The notes below the pieces were generated by a model. It did no database searches. It saw only the letters and a list, made by a program, of their open reading frames with translations, and had not been told where the DNA came from. Source: a virus (Duplodnaviria; Heunggongvirae; Uroviricota; Caudoviricetes). From it: 62,444 nucleotides of DNA. The translations under genes were made by a program, and so were the position numbers. Positions 1-10,900 of this stretch are shown here, one piece after another (within the stretch, counting starts at the first letter, position 1; the number at the start of each line of letters is the position of its first letter). The DNA is taken from positions 1-62,444 of IMG/VR virus record IMGVR_UViG_3300009702_000014; one strand, given 5' to 3'.

Positions 1-1895
1 AAAACTATATCATTAGTAAGTGTTTTTTGCCCGCTAATTGTTTGGTTAGTGGTTGTGTCTAAAAAGTACGTGCTATCATGCCCATCGAGTAAGTCTGCAT
101 CTAAGCCAGAAGCGGCACCATCAACCGTTTTTATTTTGGCAAGCACGTCAGCAGCCGTATAGGAGGACGAAGCCAAAGCCCCAATGTCTGTCAGGACTTG
201 CGCTGGAGTACGCTGCTGCAAGGTACTCGCGCTGAGGGCGTTTATGTAATTACCAGCCGTATAGGAAGCTATACCCGTACCACCGCGCACGACACCTAAT
301 GTCCCGGAAGTTAATATACTGGTACTTAAATTGGGAATGTCAGCGGCGATTAGAGACTGGAAGGCAGCGGTAGTTGTACCTGTGGCGCGTAGTACCTGGC
401 CCGCAGTAAGACCACTAACGGTGTGCTCGGCCCCAAGTGCTGTCGTTGTTGCTAAAACGTGAGCAGACGGGGCAAAGGTTGAGGGAACGCCTGTGAGATT
501 GGCCCAAGCTAGATAATAACTGCCAGTTTGTGCATCTAGTAAATCCGCGTCTAACCCTGAGCCAGCGCCATCCACCGTTTTAATCTTAGTTAGGATATCT
601 GACGCTGTATATGACGACGCGGCCAGAGCACCGATATCTGACAATACTTGCGTTGGGGTGCGCTGTTGTAGGGTAGTGCCTGTGGCGGCATTTATATAAT
701 TGCCCGCCGTATAAGCAGTAAGTCCGGTCCCACCATACGGAACAGTGATGGTTGGGATGCGAGCCAATCCAAAAGTACCAGTTGTAATCTTTCCGGCGTC
801 AAGGTTTGGAATATCTGCCGCAATTAGATTCTGAAAGGCTGCCGTGGTTGCTCCCGTGGCACGCAAAACTTGGCCTGCCGTCAACCCACTCGTGGTATGT
901 TGCGCACCGAGCCCGGTCGTAGTTGCTAACACGTGTGAAGAAGGTGCAAAAGTTGATGGAACTCCTGTTAGGTTTGCGTAGGCCAGGTAGTATGTTCCTT
1001 GTTGTCCGTCTAACAAATCCGCATCCAACCCACTACTTGCACCGTCGTTAGCAGCCGTCCATACAGGACTACCAGCTAGAGTCAAAGCCGTCGTAGCCGT
1101 TACAGTATCAGCGGATAGTGTTCCCGTAACAGCCGCATTATTTCCTACTGAAAGATTCGTTGTACTTGGTATAACAACAGAGCCAAGCGTAGAACCTAAT
1201 ATCAAATCTCCCTGCTCAGCTTGAACCCATAAATCCAAGGTTGAGGAAACACTATCTCCAATGTAGCCTGTTCTTACTGTATTACCAGAGTCATAGAAAC
1301 CAACCCAAGCTGTATTATTTGCGGCACCAGATGCGTTTCCAAGAACATGTACGCCGCCTGGTACTGTCAAAGTCCCCGTTAGCGTTAATGCTCCTATTCC
1401 CGTATCCCCAGCTTTATTAATGGGAGTATACCCTAGACGACTAATAGTGTCTGCGTACCAGGCACCTTGTTGTCCATCTAAAAGGTCTGCGTCTAATCCT
1501 GAATTAGCACCATCCACCGTTTCTATTTTTGCCAAAACATCGGCAGCGGTATAACTAGAAACAGGGAGATAATAGCTACCTTGCTGGCCGTCAAGTAAAT
1601 CAGCATCTAAACCGGAACCGGCCCCGTCAACTGTCTTAACTTTTGTCAATACATCGGTAGCGGTGTAGGAAGACACCGGCAAATAATAGCTGCCTTGCTG
1701 CCCGTCGAGTAAGTCTGCGTCAAGGCCGGAAGCGGCCCCATCGTTACCAGAAGTCCATACAGAAAAGCCACCCACTTTTACGTCTGTGGCGGCATAGATA
1801 GTCGCCCAGGCAAGCGAGGAGCTTCCTAAATTACGAGTATTATTAGTTTCTGGGGTTACAGCCCCGTCCACCTGTATGGCTTCTAGAATTAGCAT
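1..1895 (-). CDS. Tail fibre protein, C-terminus runs off the window (absent from ORF track)
   Basis: ATG at 1895 (MLILEAIQVDGAVTPETNN...); the segments translated by hand at both ends and at the repeats share one open frame reaching position 1; six DGxxSGLDADLLDG repeats and RGGTG motifs typical of phage tail fibres. Confidence 0.85.
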   Translation of the reverse strand, partial: MLILEAIQVDGAVTPETNNTRNLGSSSLAWATIYAATDVKVGGFSVWTSGNDGAASGLDADLLDGQQGSYYLPVSSYTATDVLTKVKTVDGAGSGLDADLLDGQQGSYYLPVSSYTAADVLAKIETVDGANSGLDADLLDGQQGAWYADTISRLGYTPINKAGDTGIGALTLTGTLTVPGGVHVLGNASGAANNTAWVGFYDSGNTVRTGYIGDSVSSTLDLWVQAEQGDLILGSTLGSVVIPSTTNLSVGNNAAVTGTLSADTVTATTALTLAGSPVWTAANDGASSGLDADLLDGQQGTYYLAYANLTGVPSTFAPSSHVLATTTGLGAQHTTSGLTAGQVLRATGATTAAFQNLIAADIPNLDAGKITTGTFGLARIPTITVPYGGTGLTAYTAGNYINAATGTTLQQRTPTQVLSDIGALAASSYTASDILTKIKTVDGAGSGLDADLLDAQTGSYYLAWANLTGVPSTFAPSAHVLATTTALGAEHTVSGLTAGQVLRATGTTTAAFQSLIAADIPNLSTSILTSGTLGVVRGGTGIASYTAGNYINALSASTLQQRTPAQVLTDIGALASSSYTAADVLAKIKTVDGAASGLDADLLDGHDSTYFLDTTTNQTISGQKTLTNDIV

Positions 1896-1898
1896 GTA

Positions 1899-3350
1899 TT
1901 ATCCGACAACAACGACTCGATATTGGTTTGTGGTTGGTGCCGTGGCAAAGACAATAGTAGCACTGCTCACTGTGGTTGCTTCAACGTCTGGAATAACCTG
2001 TGAGTAAGGAGAAGCTGCCTGTCTAACCATCACCACGATATCTTGCGTGTTTAAGTTATGGTTGACTACAAAAGAGGTAGTAGTACCGTCTCCGATGCTG
2101 GCACTGAATTTTCCTGTAGCCCCGAGATTGACACGGGCACCACTGGCTGTTGTAGCTCCGGTACCACCGTATGCAACTCCGATGGTAGTAGCGTTCCATA
2201 CACCACCTGTAATTGTACCAAGGGTAGTGATAGAGGTTTGTCCAGAATAGCTAGCAGAGATTTGAACAGTACTTGCATTGACCGTAATACCAGGGCCCGC
2301 CCCCACAGCAAAAGTGGTTCCAGACAGAGTTAAACCTGCACCGGCTGTGTATGTTCCAGCGCCAGAAAATTGAGCAAAGGTTAACGCTGTGGTTCCAACG
2401 GTAATAGGGTCAGGAGTTGTCAAAATCCAACTTGTTGTGGCATTTGCTGTACCATTTTCAACGAAAGTGAACATACCTGAGACGATATCAGCGTTTGTTG
2501 CAGCGTCAGGAGCACGAGTCATAGCGGAAGCTGAGCCGTTGAAGATATAAATACCGTTTTCAGAAGCAGTTGTCTGGTTCTTCAAAAGTACTCTGTCTCC
2601 AGTTGCAAGAGTATATCCATCAATAGCTGTTCCTGGCCCGGAAATTGTGACATTGGCAGTTGATGCAGCTTCTACAGCTTCTTTTACCACTAGCCCCTGA
2701 GCAACGGAATCAACATAATTCTTTGTAGCTGCGTCTTGGGCATTCGTTGGGTCTGCAACATTAATAATTTTGTTGGCATTCATGCTAACATTAGCAAGAG
2801 GGGCAGCAAATGTGTCTAGGGTATAGCTGGTAACTACCGTTTGCAAGTCAGAAATGGTGCTAGCAACCTGTGTACCAGTCATATTGGCACGGCTTAGGTA
2901 GTAGCTCGGGGCTTGTCCATTTAAGTTAGAAGCGTTTGTAGCGCTAGAAGCATTACCGGCCAGGGCAGCAGTAATCGTGCCTGCGGAAAAATTACCGCTT
3001 GTATCTCGGAAAACAAGAGTACTTGCCGTATTGACATTGGTAGCCGCATCCAGTTTAGCCTTGTCGGCTGCACTCATGGAACCGGCTGCGCTACCAGTAG
3101 CCGCTGTAATTCCAATTGTGGCAACGCCGCCGCTGATAGTAGCAGTAATAGGTGCCGTCGGAGTAACGCTTGAGAGCCACGCATCAGAGATAGTGACCCA
3201 TGCAACTCCATTCCAAACCTGAGCCGCATTGCTGGTAGTGTTATAGTATATCCTACCTACGCCTGGGCTTGAAGGAGCTGAAGCCAGGTTTTGTAGAGCA
3301 ACGTTTTGAATTTCGTTGGTCGTTAAATCAATTGCTGTAAGAAACTTCAT
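1899..3350 (-). CDS. Virion structural/fibre protein (483 aa)
   Basis: Ala/Thr/Gly-rich; QDAATKNYVD, GDRVLLKNQT..ENGIY and YGGTGAT motifs seen in phage fibre proteins. Confidence 0.75.
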   Translation of the reverse strand: MKFLTAIDLTTNEIQNVALQNLASAPSSPGVGRIYYNTTSNAAQVWNGVAWVTISDAWLSSVTPTAPITATISGGVATIGITAATGSAAGSMSAADKAKLDAATNVNTASTLVFRDTSGNFSAGTITAALAGNASSATNASNLNGQAPSYYLSRANMTGTQVASTISDLQTVVTSYTLDTFAAPLANVSMNANKIINVADPTNAQDAATKNYVDSVAQGLVVKEAVEAASTANVTISGPGTAIDGYTLATGDRVLLKNQTTASENGIYIFNGSASAMTRAPDAATNADIVSGMFTFVENGTANATTSWILTTPDPITVGTTALTFAQFSGAGTYTAGAGLTLSGTTFAVGAGPGITVNASTVQISASYSGQTSITTLGTITGGVWNATTIGVAYGGTGATTASGARVNLGATGKFSASIGDGTTTSFVVNHNLNTQDIVVMVRQAASPYSQVIPDVEATTVSSATIVFATAPTTNQYRVVVVG

Positions 3351-3358
3351 TATCTCTC

Positions 3359-3895
3359 CTAGTTAAAATAGGCAGCCCCGCTGAATGGGGCGCTGAAATT
3401 TAGCCGAACATTGTTGTCGTCAATGTATAAATACTCTCCATAAACTACGGTTCCTGCTGAATCTACCACTTCAATCGCGGGCCGTTTACCTAAATTATGG
3501 GCAACGGACCAAGATGCGGAAGGAGAAGGCTGTGTGTAAACAAACCTAGCATCTCCTCCCGCAGGAACAATAGTGGCGTCAATAAGACTATGCACAAATT
3601 CTGTAGTAGCAATCCTTGTAGAGCGGTCACTGTTTACTGTTGTCGTAGCACTAGGAGTTCCTGTTAGCTGAGCATTATTAAAAACAGCATTAGCCAGGGT
3701 AGTTTCTAAGTCCAGCAATGTTTGTGTAACCGGCGTATCATACGCGAGGGTGCCTTTTAAATCTTTTAACACAGAGCGAAGAAAGTTCAAATCCTCTTCT
3801 AAGTCATGAAGACTAGCATACCCCAGCAAATCCAGGGTATCATCAATGTTGCTACTTTTCGCTATCTGGTATTGTTTGAGGATTGTTTGGGACAT
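3359..3895 (-). CDS. Virion protein with tail-fibre repeat (178 aa)
   Basis: LTGTPSA..TRIATTEFV fibre repeat; C-terminal W.V.HNLGKRP.IEVVD module. Confidence 0.65.
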   Translation of the reverse strand: MSQTILKQYQIAKSSNIDDTLDLLGYASLHDLEEDLNFLRSVLKDLKGTLAYDTPVTQTLLDLETTLANAVFNNAQLTGTPSATTTVNSDRSTRIATTEFVHSLIDATIVPAGGDARFVYTQPSPSASWSVAHNLGKRPAIEVVDSAGTVVYGEYLYIDDNNVRLNFSAPFSGAAYFN

Positions 3896-4058
3896 TTTGC
3901 TGCTGTTGCCTCATGTAGTCAAGTAAATCTTTATTATGCTCTTTCTTAGCCTGAATTTTTAGTAATTCTTCTTTGAGCATTTCGAGGCGTCCTCGGAGTT
4001 CAGCTTCCCGAGTGTCAAGTGCTTGGTTGTTTTGTGATAGAATCGGTTCTAAGTCCAT
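3852..4058 (-). CDS. Small coiled-coil protein (68 aa)
   Basis: Heptad-like helix; co-oriented in the operon with SD (AAGGAAGG) upstream. Confidence 0.55.
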   Translation of the reverse strand: MDLEPILSQNNQALDTREAELRGRLEMLKEELLKIQAKKEHNKDLLDYMRQQQQNVPNNPQTIPDSEK

Positions 4059-4075
4059 AAATTACCTTCCTTTCC

Positions 4076-4675
4076 TTATATCTTGTACTGAATGAGAACT
4101 AAGTCATTAAGAGCCGGAGCGATGTTAAACTCTATTGTATTCGCGTTTAAAAGTACGTAATCCCCTGTTGTTCCGGGGCTTTGAAGAACTCCGTTTAGGG
4201 CAACAAGATAAATGTCTCCCGGCGCGGTAAAAATTCGGGTTGCACCGTCTGCTGTAAATGCTTCCCAGGTGAATGTTCCGGCATAATCATTTGGCACGGT
4301 AACTGGTGAAGTGTTGATGTTTTTGTTGAGGCCGCCGAGAAGAGGAGTGCGCAGGGCAGGCATAATGTAATCTGTCAAATTATCAAAGTTAATCACAGAA
4401 AGGGAAGAAGGAACAATCTTATTGTAATAGGTTGTCGTGTCCATTACAATCTTGAAGGTATACCAATTTTCTCTAACTGCATCTGAAGTACTCGGAGATA
4501 AGTTCAAATAAAAGGTTCCATAGGAGTTTGTGTAAGTTCTGTCTGCTAGATTGCCTATCGTGGCTCCTGAATAAATCATTTGTGTATTTAGATAGACTTC
4601 TATCAAGGCCCCCTCGTAAAGGAGACCTTGCGCATCCCTAAGCACTCCTTGAATTGGTGTAGTTGCAACAGCCAT
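4076..4675 (-). CDS. Putative virion structural protein (199 aa)
   Basis: IQGVLRDAQG beta-sandwich start; C-terminal VALNGVLQSPG..DY..IEF..AP motif common in phage structural proteins. Confidence 0.6.
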   Translation of the reverse strand: MAVATTPIQGVLRDAQGLLYEGALIEVYLNTQMIYSGATIGNLADRTYTNSYGTFYLNLSPSTSDAVRENWYTFKIVMDTTTYYNKIVPSSLSVINFDNLTDYIMPALRTPLLGGLNKNINTSPVTVPNDYAGTFTWEAFTADGATRIFTAPGDIYLVALNGVLQSPGTTGDYVLLNANTIEFNIAPALNDLVLIQYKI

Positions 4676-4684
4676 AAATTATCC

Positions 4685-5302
4685 TTATGGTACGTAGCTT
4701 AAAAGTGCCTGTGAAGTCAACTCGACAGAAGCAACACTCGGAACATAGCCTTTCACGGTAAAGCCAATGATGGGAATATTGATTGTTACATCTAGGCCAG
4801 TTACCAGAGGTAGTTCGAAATATCCAGTCTCGTCGGTAAGAGTGCTCGCAGCTTCTCCAATAATACCAGACTTGGATACGAAATATCCAGCACGATTCAA
4901 CTCAGCTTTAACTGGCTGATTGGCGAGTGGTGTACCAGACACATCAAGAAGGGTACCATAAACAATACAACGAGAGGGAGAATTAATGACCTCAGAGCCG
5001 CCCCAAATATGACGTTCCCAGGTTGTAACACCATTGTCCGTATAAATGAAAAGCAAGTCCTGTACTGTGTCAGGAAGGGTAGCAAGTGTTAAAGTGACAA
5101 GGGTGGTATCAAAAAGAGCAGTAAATGCATACGTGTATTGTCCATTTCCAGCGTTAATGGCGTTATAAGCTTCGAATACCGATGTAGAAGTATTCCAATA
5201 ATACCCATCGCTATTACGACGAATAACCAAAGTCAGGGCCGACACCTGCTCTTTGATAAGCACGACCCTCTCATTAATCTTATGAAAATACTCCTGAATC
5301 AT
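4685..5302 (-). CDS. Putative virion structural protein (205 aa)
   Basis: C-terminal VYGTLLDVSGTPLAN..TDETGYFELPL carboxypeptidase-regulatory-like beta-sandwich. Confidence 0.55.
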   Translation of the reverse strand: MIQEYFHKINERVVLIKEQVSALTLVIRRNSDGYYWNTSTSVFEAYNAINAGNGQYTYAFTALFDTTLVTLTLATLPDTVQDLLFIYTDNGVTTWERHIWGGSEVINSPSRCIVYGTLLDVSGTPLANQPVKAELNRAGYFVSKSGIIGEAASTLTDETGYFELPLVTGLDVTINIPIIGFTVKGYVPSVASVELTSQALLSYVP

Positions 5303-5333
5303 GGTACTCCTATTATAAGTGAATTAGGCCGAA

Positions 5334-7100
5334 TTATTCAAGCATTTGCTTTATTTGCTCTACCGGCAATTTCATTATTTGGGCTTCGGTTAACCCCTGT
5401 TCGTTTGCTGAGGAGACAAGCTTCTCCTTGTCCTCGCGTGTAAGAGCAGCTAAGAAATTAAGCGTGGAATAAATGTCGCTGGTTTCGGGGTCGAGAAAGA
5501 TGCTTTTCAAATAGTCGATACCTTCCTCATAAGTATCAAAAGCCCCATCAATCTGAGCATTGAATAGAGTATTGATAAGCTGTCCGAAGTGAGGACCCCC
5601 TCGACTATATTCCGAAGGAATTTCTCCAGCCTTGGCAAGTTGAATTAAATCCTTACCGCCGATAAGGGGTGCAGGCTTATCCTCTTGTACTCGTAATTGA
5701 TGGGCCATTGCGACCATCTGCTGAGCGGCTTTCGGCATTCCTTTAGGAAGCGGCGGACGACCAGAATGGTCAGCTTCGATTACAAGACTAAGCATATCAA
5801 TATTAGCAGGAACAAGCCTTAATGCAAGGCGTCGAATGCTACGTGGATTTATGTCGTTTAGGTGTGCCATGTGTTCCTTTACCAATGGCAAAATACGCTC
5901 GATAATGTCTCTCGGAGCACCTATCGACTCTAGAAACTCCTCCGTCGGGACAACCCCTTCAACAGGATGGGCGGGAGCACGCCAGCGCCCCTCAATTACG
6001 GCGGTCATTGCTGGCTTTCCAAAATCGTGACAAAGGGAGGCTAGTAGCAGAACAGCCCTGTCCTTACCCTCCAAACCCTCACGATTTGCAATTTCAACAG
6101 CCGCATCCGTCACATGCAAGGTGTGATGCCACACATCTCCTTCGGGATGCCATTGGGGGTCTTGAGGAATTCCGATTAAATTGTTTAGCTGAGGAAATAA
6201 TTCGACCCATCCTGTTTCCCTCAGCACTGTTAGTCCTGCACTTGGCTTCGTGGATTTTGTAGCCCATTTGTAAAATTCCCCCCAAATACGTTCTACGGCA
6301 AGCGTTCTAAATTCTCTACGCAACTCGCTTGCTAATTGAGCAGTAGCAGGGTCAATCTTTAGATTAAATCTCCCTGCAAATTGAAAGCCTCTCAAAACCC
6401 GCAAAGGGTCTTCTGCGAATCTTTCAGAAGTATGCCGGAGGGTACCTTCCTTTAGATTCTTTACCCCTTCGTAAAAATCAAGCAATTCCCCCTGGGGAGT
6501 CATAGCCAGCGCATTAAAGGTAAAGTCTCTACGAGACGCCGCTTCCTTTGGAGTCATAGTGTGGTCGGGCTCAACAATAAATCCTCTGTGACCTTCACCT
6601 TGTTTGCTTTCTCGCCGGGGTAGAGTAAAATCATAGTCCTGGTTTGGAGTCGTCAGCTTTATAACACCAAAGCTGGCTCCAACAGTATCCACCTTTCCGA
6701 AATTCGAAAGAACCTGAGTTAGTGTAGAGGCATCAAGACCATAGATTTCTACGTCAATGTCCTTGCTGGAAGCCCCGTAGACTTTATCTCGGACAACTCC
6801 TCCCACGAAGAGAGGCTTTCCTCCAGCCTTCTGAATAGCATTTATAATACCATATAATTCCTGGTCTATCTGGATAGGGTCATATTGCGTCTGTAGATTA
6901 TCTTCTAGCTTGCGCAATTCCCATGAGTCAACCACACCATTCAAAACATCTTGAAAAGTGTAGGAACCCCCCGAATAGTCTCCCGGCTGTTTCACCGTTT
7001 GTCCTTTCGGGCCATTTATAACGAGTTCATAGCCTTTAGGGACTATGAACCCTTTAAACACAAAGCTATTCAATCTTTGAGCCATCGTAATTACGTCCAA
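5334..7100 (-). CDS. cca: Class II CCA tRNA nucleotidyltransferase with HD domain and ~80-aa N-terminal extension
   Basis: VGGVVRD, DIDVE, RRDFTFNAL, EDPLRVLR, HHTLHV...LCHDFGKP motifs all intact. Confidence 0.92.
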   Translation of the reverse strand: MDVITMAQRLNSFVFKGFIVPKGYELVINGPKGQTVKQPGDYSGGSYTFQDVLNGVVDSWELRKLEDNLQTQYDPIQIDQELYGIINAIQKAGGKPLFVGGVVRDKVYGASSKDIDVEIYGLDASTLTQVLSNFGKVDTVGASFGVIKLTTPNQDYDFTLPRRESKQGEGHRGFIVEPDHTMTPKEAASRRDFTFNALAMTPQGELLDFYEGVKNLKEGTLRHTSERFAEDPLRVLRGFQFAGRFNLKIDPATAQLASELRREFRTLAVERIWGEFYKWATKSTKPSAGLTVLRETGWVELFPQLNNLIGIPQDPQWHPEGDVWHHTLHVTDAAVEIANREGLEGKDRAVLLLASLCHDFGKPAMTAVIEGRWRAPAHPVEGVVPTEEFLESIGAPRDIIERILPLVKEHMAHLNDINPRSIRRLALRLVPANIDMLSLVIEADHSGRPPLPKGMPKAAQQMVAMAHQLRVQEDKPAPLIGGKDLIQLAKAGEIPSEYSRGGPHFGQLINTLFNAQIDGAFDTYEEGIDYLKSIFLDPETSDIYSTLNFLAALTREDKEKLVSSANEQGLTEAQIMKLPVEQIKQMLE

Positions 7101-7171
7101 TCAAGGAGGCCAGCACACTTGGCATCTGTTTCGGTGGAGACACTCCTTCTAGGTAAGTTTTAGTATTAAGC

Positions 7172-7981
7172 CTATCCGTTAGCTTCTGCATTGTCTCCAT
7201 GAGCAGGTTGTCTAGACTTCTTACGGTCATGGGTTTCTTCATCTTTGCCCGCCTTATTTGTAAGTTTGCCTTCTAAATCCTGGCGTTCTAGAGCCTGGGC
7301 AAAACCGCCAGCAGCGGCAATAGCTTTAGCAATGTCAACCTTTAGATATACTCTGCCTTTTTTCATAACAATATTCGGATTTCCTTCAAGCAGATAGGTT
7401 GGTATTCCAGTAATATCCAGAGGGCTAACCATCTTCTCTATATCCATTGGAATACTTTTGATGGTGTCTTCATTATACTCTTTCCCTAGAATATAAGCTA
7501 CTGCTTTGGGCGCGAATGCTTCATATGCCTCTATAACTGGCGTATGGTCTAAGTACTGATATGTGTCGTCGTTGTCGATACCGCCTAAAAATGCGGAGGC
7601 CAAGAATTGAAACAGGAATAAGGATGCGGCAAAGGAGTCGGAGCGGAATAGAGCTATAAATGCCCAGTCGGCTTTCTTTTCTAAATCTGGAACATCAATC
7701 TTGACAGCATCGTAGGTATCAAATCCCCAGCTTGGATAATCCCCGTTATTAGCTATAATATTATCATATCTTTGCAGGGCACTCATAAAATCGAATGAAT
7801 AATCATATTGGAGTTGCTCTAGCTCCTCGATAAAGGGTGCGAAGTCATAATCGGCCTCCCCAAAGGCCCTCTTAACCTCCTCAAAAATGCGGAGCCCAAT
7901 AAAATCATCTTGTATATCGAGCCTCATTGCCTCAGCGGCTTGACGTTTGATATAGTCCACGGCCCGTAGGTTAATATTCAT
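7172..7981 (-). CDS. Hypothetical head-module protein (269 aa)
   Basis: Long acidic ORF co-oriented downstream of portal; 1-nt overlap with the upstream ORF. Confidence 0.65.
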   Translation of the reverse strand: MNINLRAVDYIKRQAAEAMRLDIQDDFIGLRIFEEVKRAFGEADYDFAPFIEELEQLQYDYSFDFMSALQRYDNIIANNGDYPSWGFDTYDAVKIDVPDLEKKADWAFIALFRSDSFAASLFLFQFLASAFLGGIDNDDTYQYLDHTPVIEAYEAFAPKAVAYILGKEYNEDTIKSIPMDIEKMVSPLDITGIPTYLLEGNPNIVMKKGRVYLKVDIAKAIAAAGGFAQALERQDLEGKLTNKAGKDEETHDRKKSRQPAHGDNAEANG

Positions 7982-10900
7982 TAGGCTCGACTCCCTTCTG
8001 TACGAAAGCCCCCGCTAAAGATATTGGCAAGCACCGGGTTAGTGCGCTGATTCACCGTCGATGTGTCTATTTGCCCCGTTTGTGTGTGGTTAATATTTCT
8101 CATCTCCCTCATAGTGACTTTGGGCAATGCCCCTCCACGTCTAGCCTGAGCATACTTCATAGTTTCTCCTAGCTGACGGAAAAATGTAGATAGCCCCGCT
8201 TGGTGTGCATAGGCCAATCCTTCTTCCATCTTAGCCTCATAGGGCGTTACCTCAATAGTACCATAATCCGATGAGATTTTTGTGTGGGAGTAATCAACCG
8301 CATCCCCTGTTTGTCCCTCGGGGCTGCCAAAAAGATGGATGCTCCCATCCTTATCTTGCCAGGTAAAGCCCTCCATCCCATAAAGACCATTTATATCTTT
8401 GCCTTTTTCCGGGTCAAAAGGCAATCCTTCCTTAGGTGAGATACGACGGAAGGTTCCCTCTGCTGGGGAAGAAGTCTCTAGATGTGACATAAGTGGTCCA
8501 AGCTGTGTTAGAAATTCAAACCTTTGGCCGAATTGTGCTCCCTGCTTTCTTGGTATGCAGAAAGACTCTGCCTTACTCTTTAATTCATTACTATAGTGGT
8601 CTAAAAGTGTCTGTTTTACATCCTCAGCCATTTGGGAGGTTGTTAATGAGTTTTCAAAGGAAGAGTGAAACTCTTGCACGAGGGCATCAATTTGAGGTTG
8701 TGCTTCTTTTTGGGTTTGATTCGTAATATCCACCAATCGTGCAATCATGTTATTGGGCCCGCTGCCAAGGATTTTATCTGCATGACCGCGAATTGTATCC
8801 AAGTTGTTAGGCTCACTAGAGATATAGGGAGACGAGGAGATATCAGCTTCGTTTACTTCGTCTTTCGTAAACATCATCGTATCCCCACGACTATCCGCAG
8901 GAATATGACCAAGGGTACGAACAAGCGAGTTACGAAGCTGCTGACTATAACTCATTTGTCCCCCATTCAGAGTATGAGTCAGTAGCACGTCTGATATGAC
9001 TTCTTTATCCTGTAGTTTGGAAATATCCTCACCATGATAACCCGCTGCATCTAATAGCGCTCTGGCTTGGTGGTCTTCCCACTTAATATCTCCATTGGCC
9101 ACCTGATAGGGAACGCCCCGGAACATAGCAGGAAGCATCATGCTTAGCACTCTTTCTCGGTAGCGACCGCTCTCCAAGGTGCCAATGGAAGCATTAGGGA
9201 TTGTCTCTTGTAGGAAATGGCTACTAAAATCACTAAAGATTGCATAATTAGCATCCTCTGGAGAGGATGGTGCGCTTAACATGTGGTGGGAAAGTGTTGA
9301 AACAGTATATGTCGTGAATGCGAGATTAGCTGTAGAAGATAGGGTATAGGCGTGTTTTTCAATCACCTTATTTTCTACAATAGCGTTTCGTATAGAGCGG
9401 GCACCCTCTTCTAGATTATGTTCATTATAGCTGAGAATCAATCCCTCGGAAAGGGCACTATTGACAGCATCATGTACGCTAGTGCTTACATTATGTGAGA
9501 GATGTCCACGGTTGCTAGCAGTATTTTTCAAAGTTAGACTCTCGGTAATAGAAGCAGCTATGTGGTCGTATACATCTTCCTTTTTTACGCCAGGAGCAAG
9601 ACGCATTTCTAACGTATTCATCATACCGGCGAATTTTTCATTGCCCTCGCGTGGGCCAAGGAAGTGGCGAATGTCAGATAACATACCAGTATTACGCTTT
9701 GGCAACATCCCTTTATCTCTACCCACTAAGTCTCTGTAAATGGCTTGTAAGCGTGCTACTCCCCCTTGCCGAGGGATTAAAATATAATTTCCAAACAATT
9801 CCCCTAGCTGGTTTGGTTGTAAGTTCATCGAAGCAGCGGTCGGTGTAGCACCTAACTCTTTTTGCTCTGTACCACCCTCATCCACTGCAAAAGTGAAATG
9901 TCTATCCAAGAAAGCGCGGATTCTGGCCTTGTCCTTCACGAGTTGGAACAGACCTTCGACGAAATACTGTCCTCGACGGTCGCGTGTGGCCGTAGGAACA
10001 GCTTCCTGAACCTTTCCAAAATTCGATGTAATATCTTCCTCCGTGCTAGAGGAGTCTTTTTCGCCGGTCAGAATCGCGTCCATTTGGCTCTTATGGTTTT
10101 TAACAAGCTCACGAAAGTCTTTAAGAGCCATAGTTGCAGCTTGTTCCTCTGCCTGCCCTGTACTCTTCTTCATATATTGCTTGAGGTATGTAGCGGTGGC
10201 AAGAGACAAATCGAAAGAGTCATTGAATTCCTTATTTTCTAAAGTGCGACCCATAGCGAAAGTCAATCCCTCGGTGAAGACCTGGCGCTGATTTTCTGGT
10301 ACGTCAGAAAGAAAAGGAAAGAGTGAGTTGAAGGGGATAGGCTGTGTAGTCTTTACTCCACCAGAGATAACTTTTTTCAGCCTCGCTAAGTTACCCTCGG
10401 GGATGCCTAACCCAACAAGTGCAGCGTAAAGGGAGCGTCCATCAACGGTGTGGGGCCCTTCTTTCTTCTTCGTAAAGTTGACTTTGAAGTCCATGTCCCC
10501 CTTCCAGTCATTATATGAAACAAAGACAGTGGAAGAGTCGGGGTTGGAATCAAGGGTCTGAGAAATACGAGAGATTTCTACTTGGCTAAGAGTCTGAGTC
10601 ACTTTTTCTACGGACTCTTCTCTCGCACGGCTATTTAAAGCTGTGAGTATCTGTTCGATTTGAGTACCAAATTGTTCCTTTTGCTCAGGAGGCAAAAACT
10701 GTTGCGCATCTTCTCCGTAGCCTTGAATAACCTGAGCATCCCTCTCGTAGTCAGTATTCTCTACAGCGTGGTCAAATTCAGCTTGTACAGAATCCATAAG
10801 GGCCTGTGCTGCTTGCCCGTCTACTTGCTGAGTCTCATCAGGCATTTCAGCCTCTTGTGTCTCCTCGATGCGCCACCCTTTTTGCTGGCCTTCCTCAGAG

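Noticed and set aside
2047-3222. Short plus-strand and alternate-frame ORFs over structural genes (and similar shadows throughout the window)
   Set aside because: Antisense or out-of-frame shadows of well-supported long ORFs
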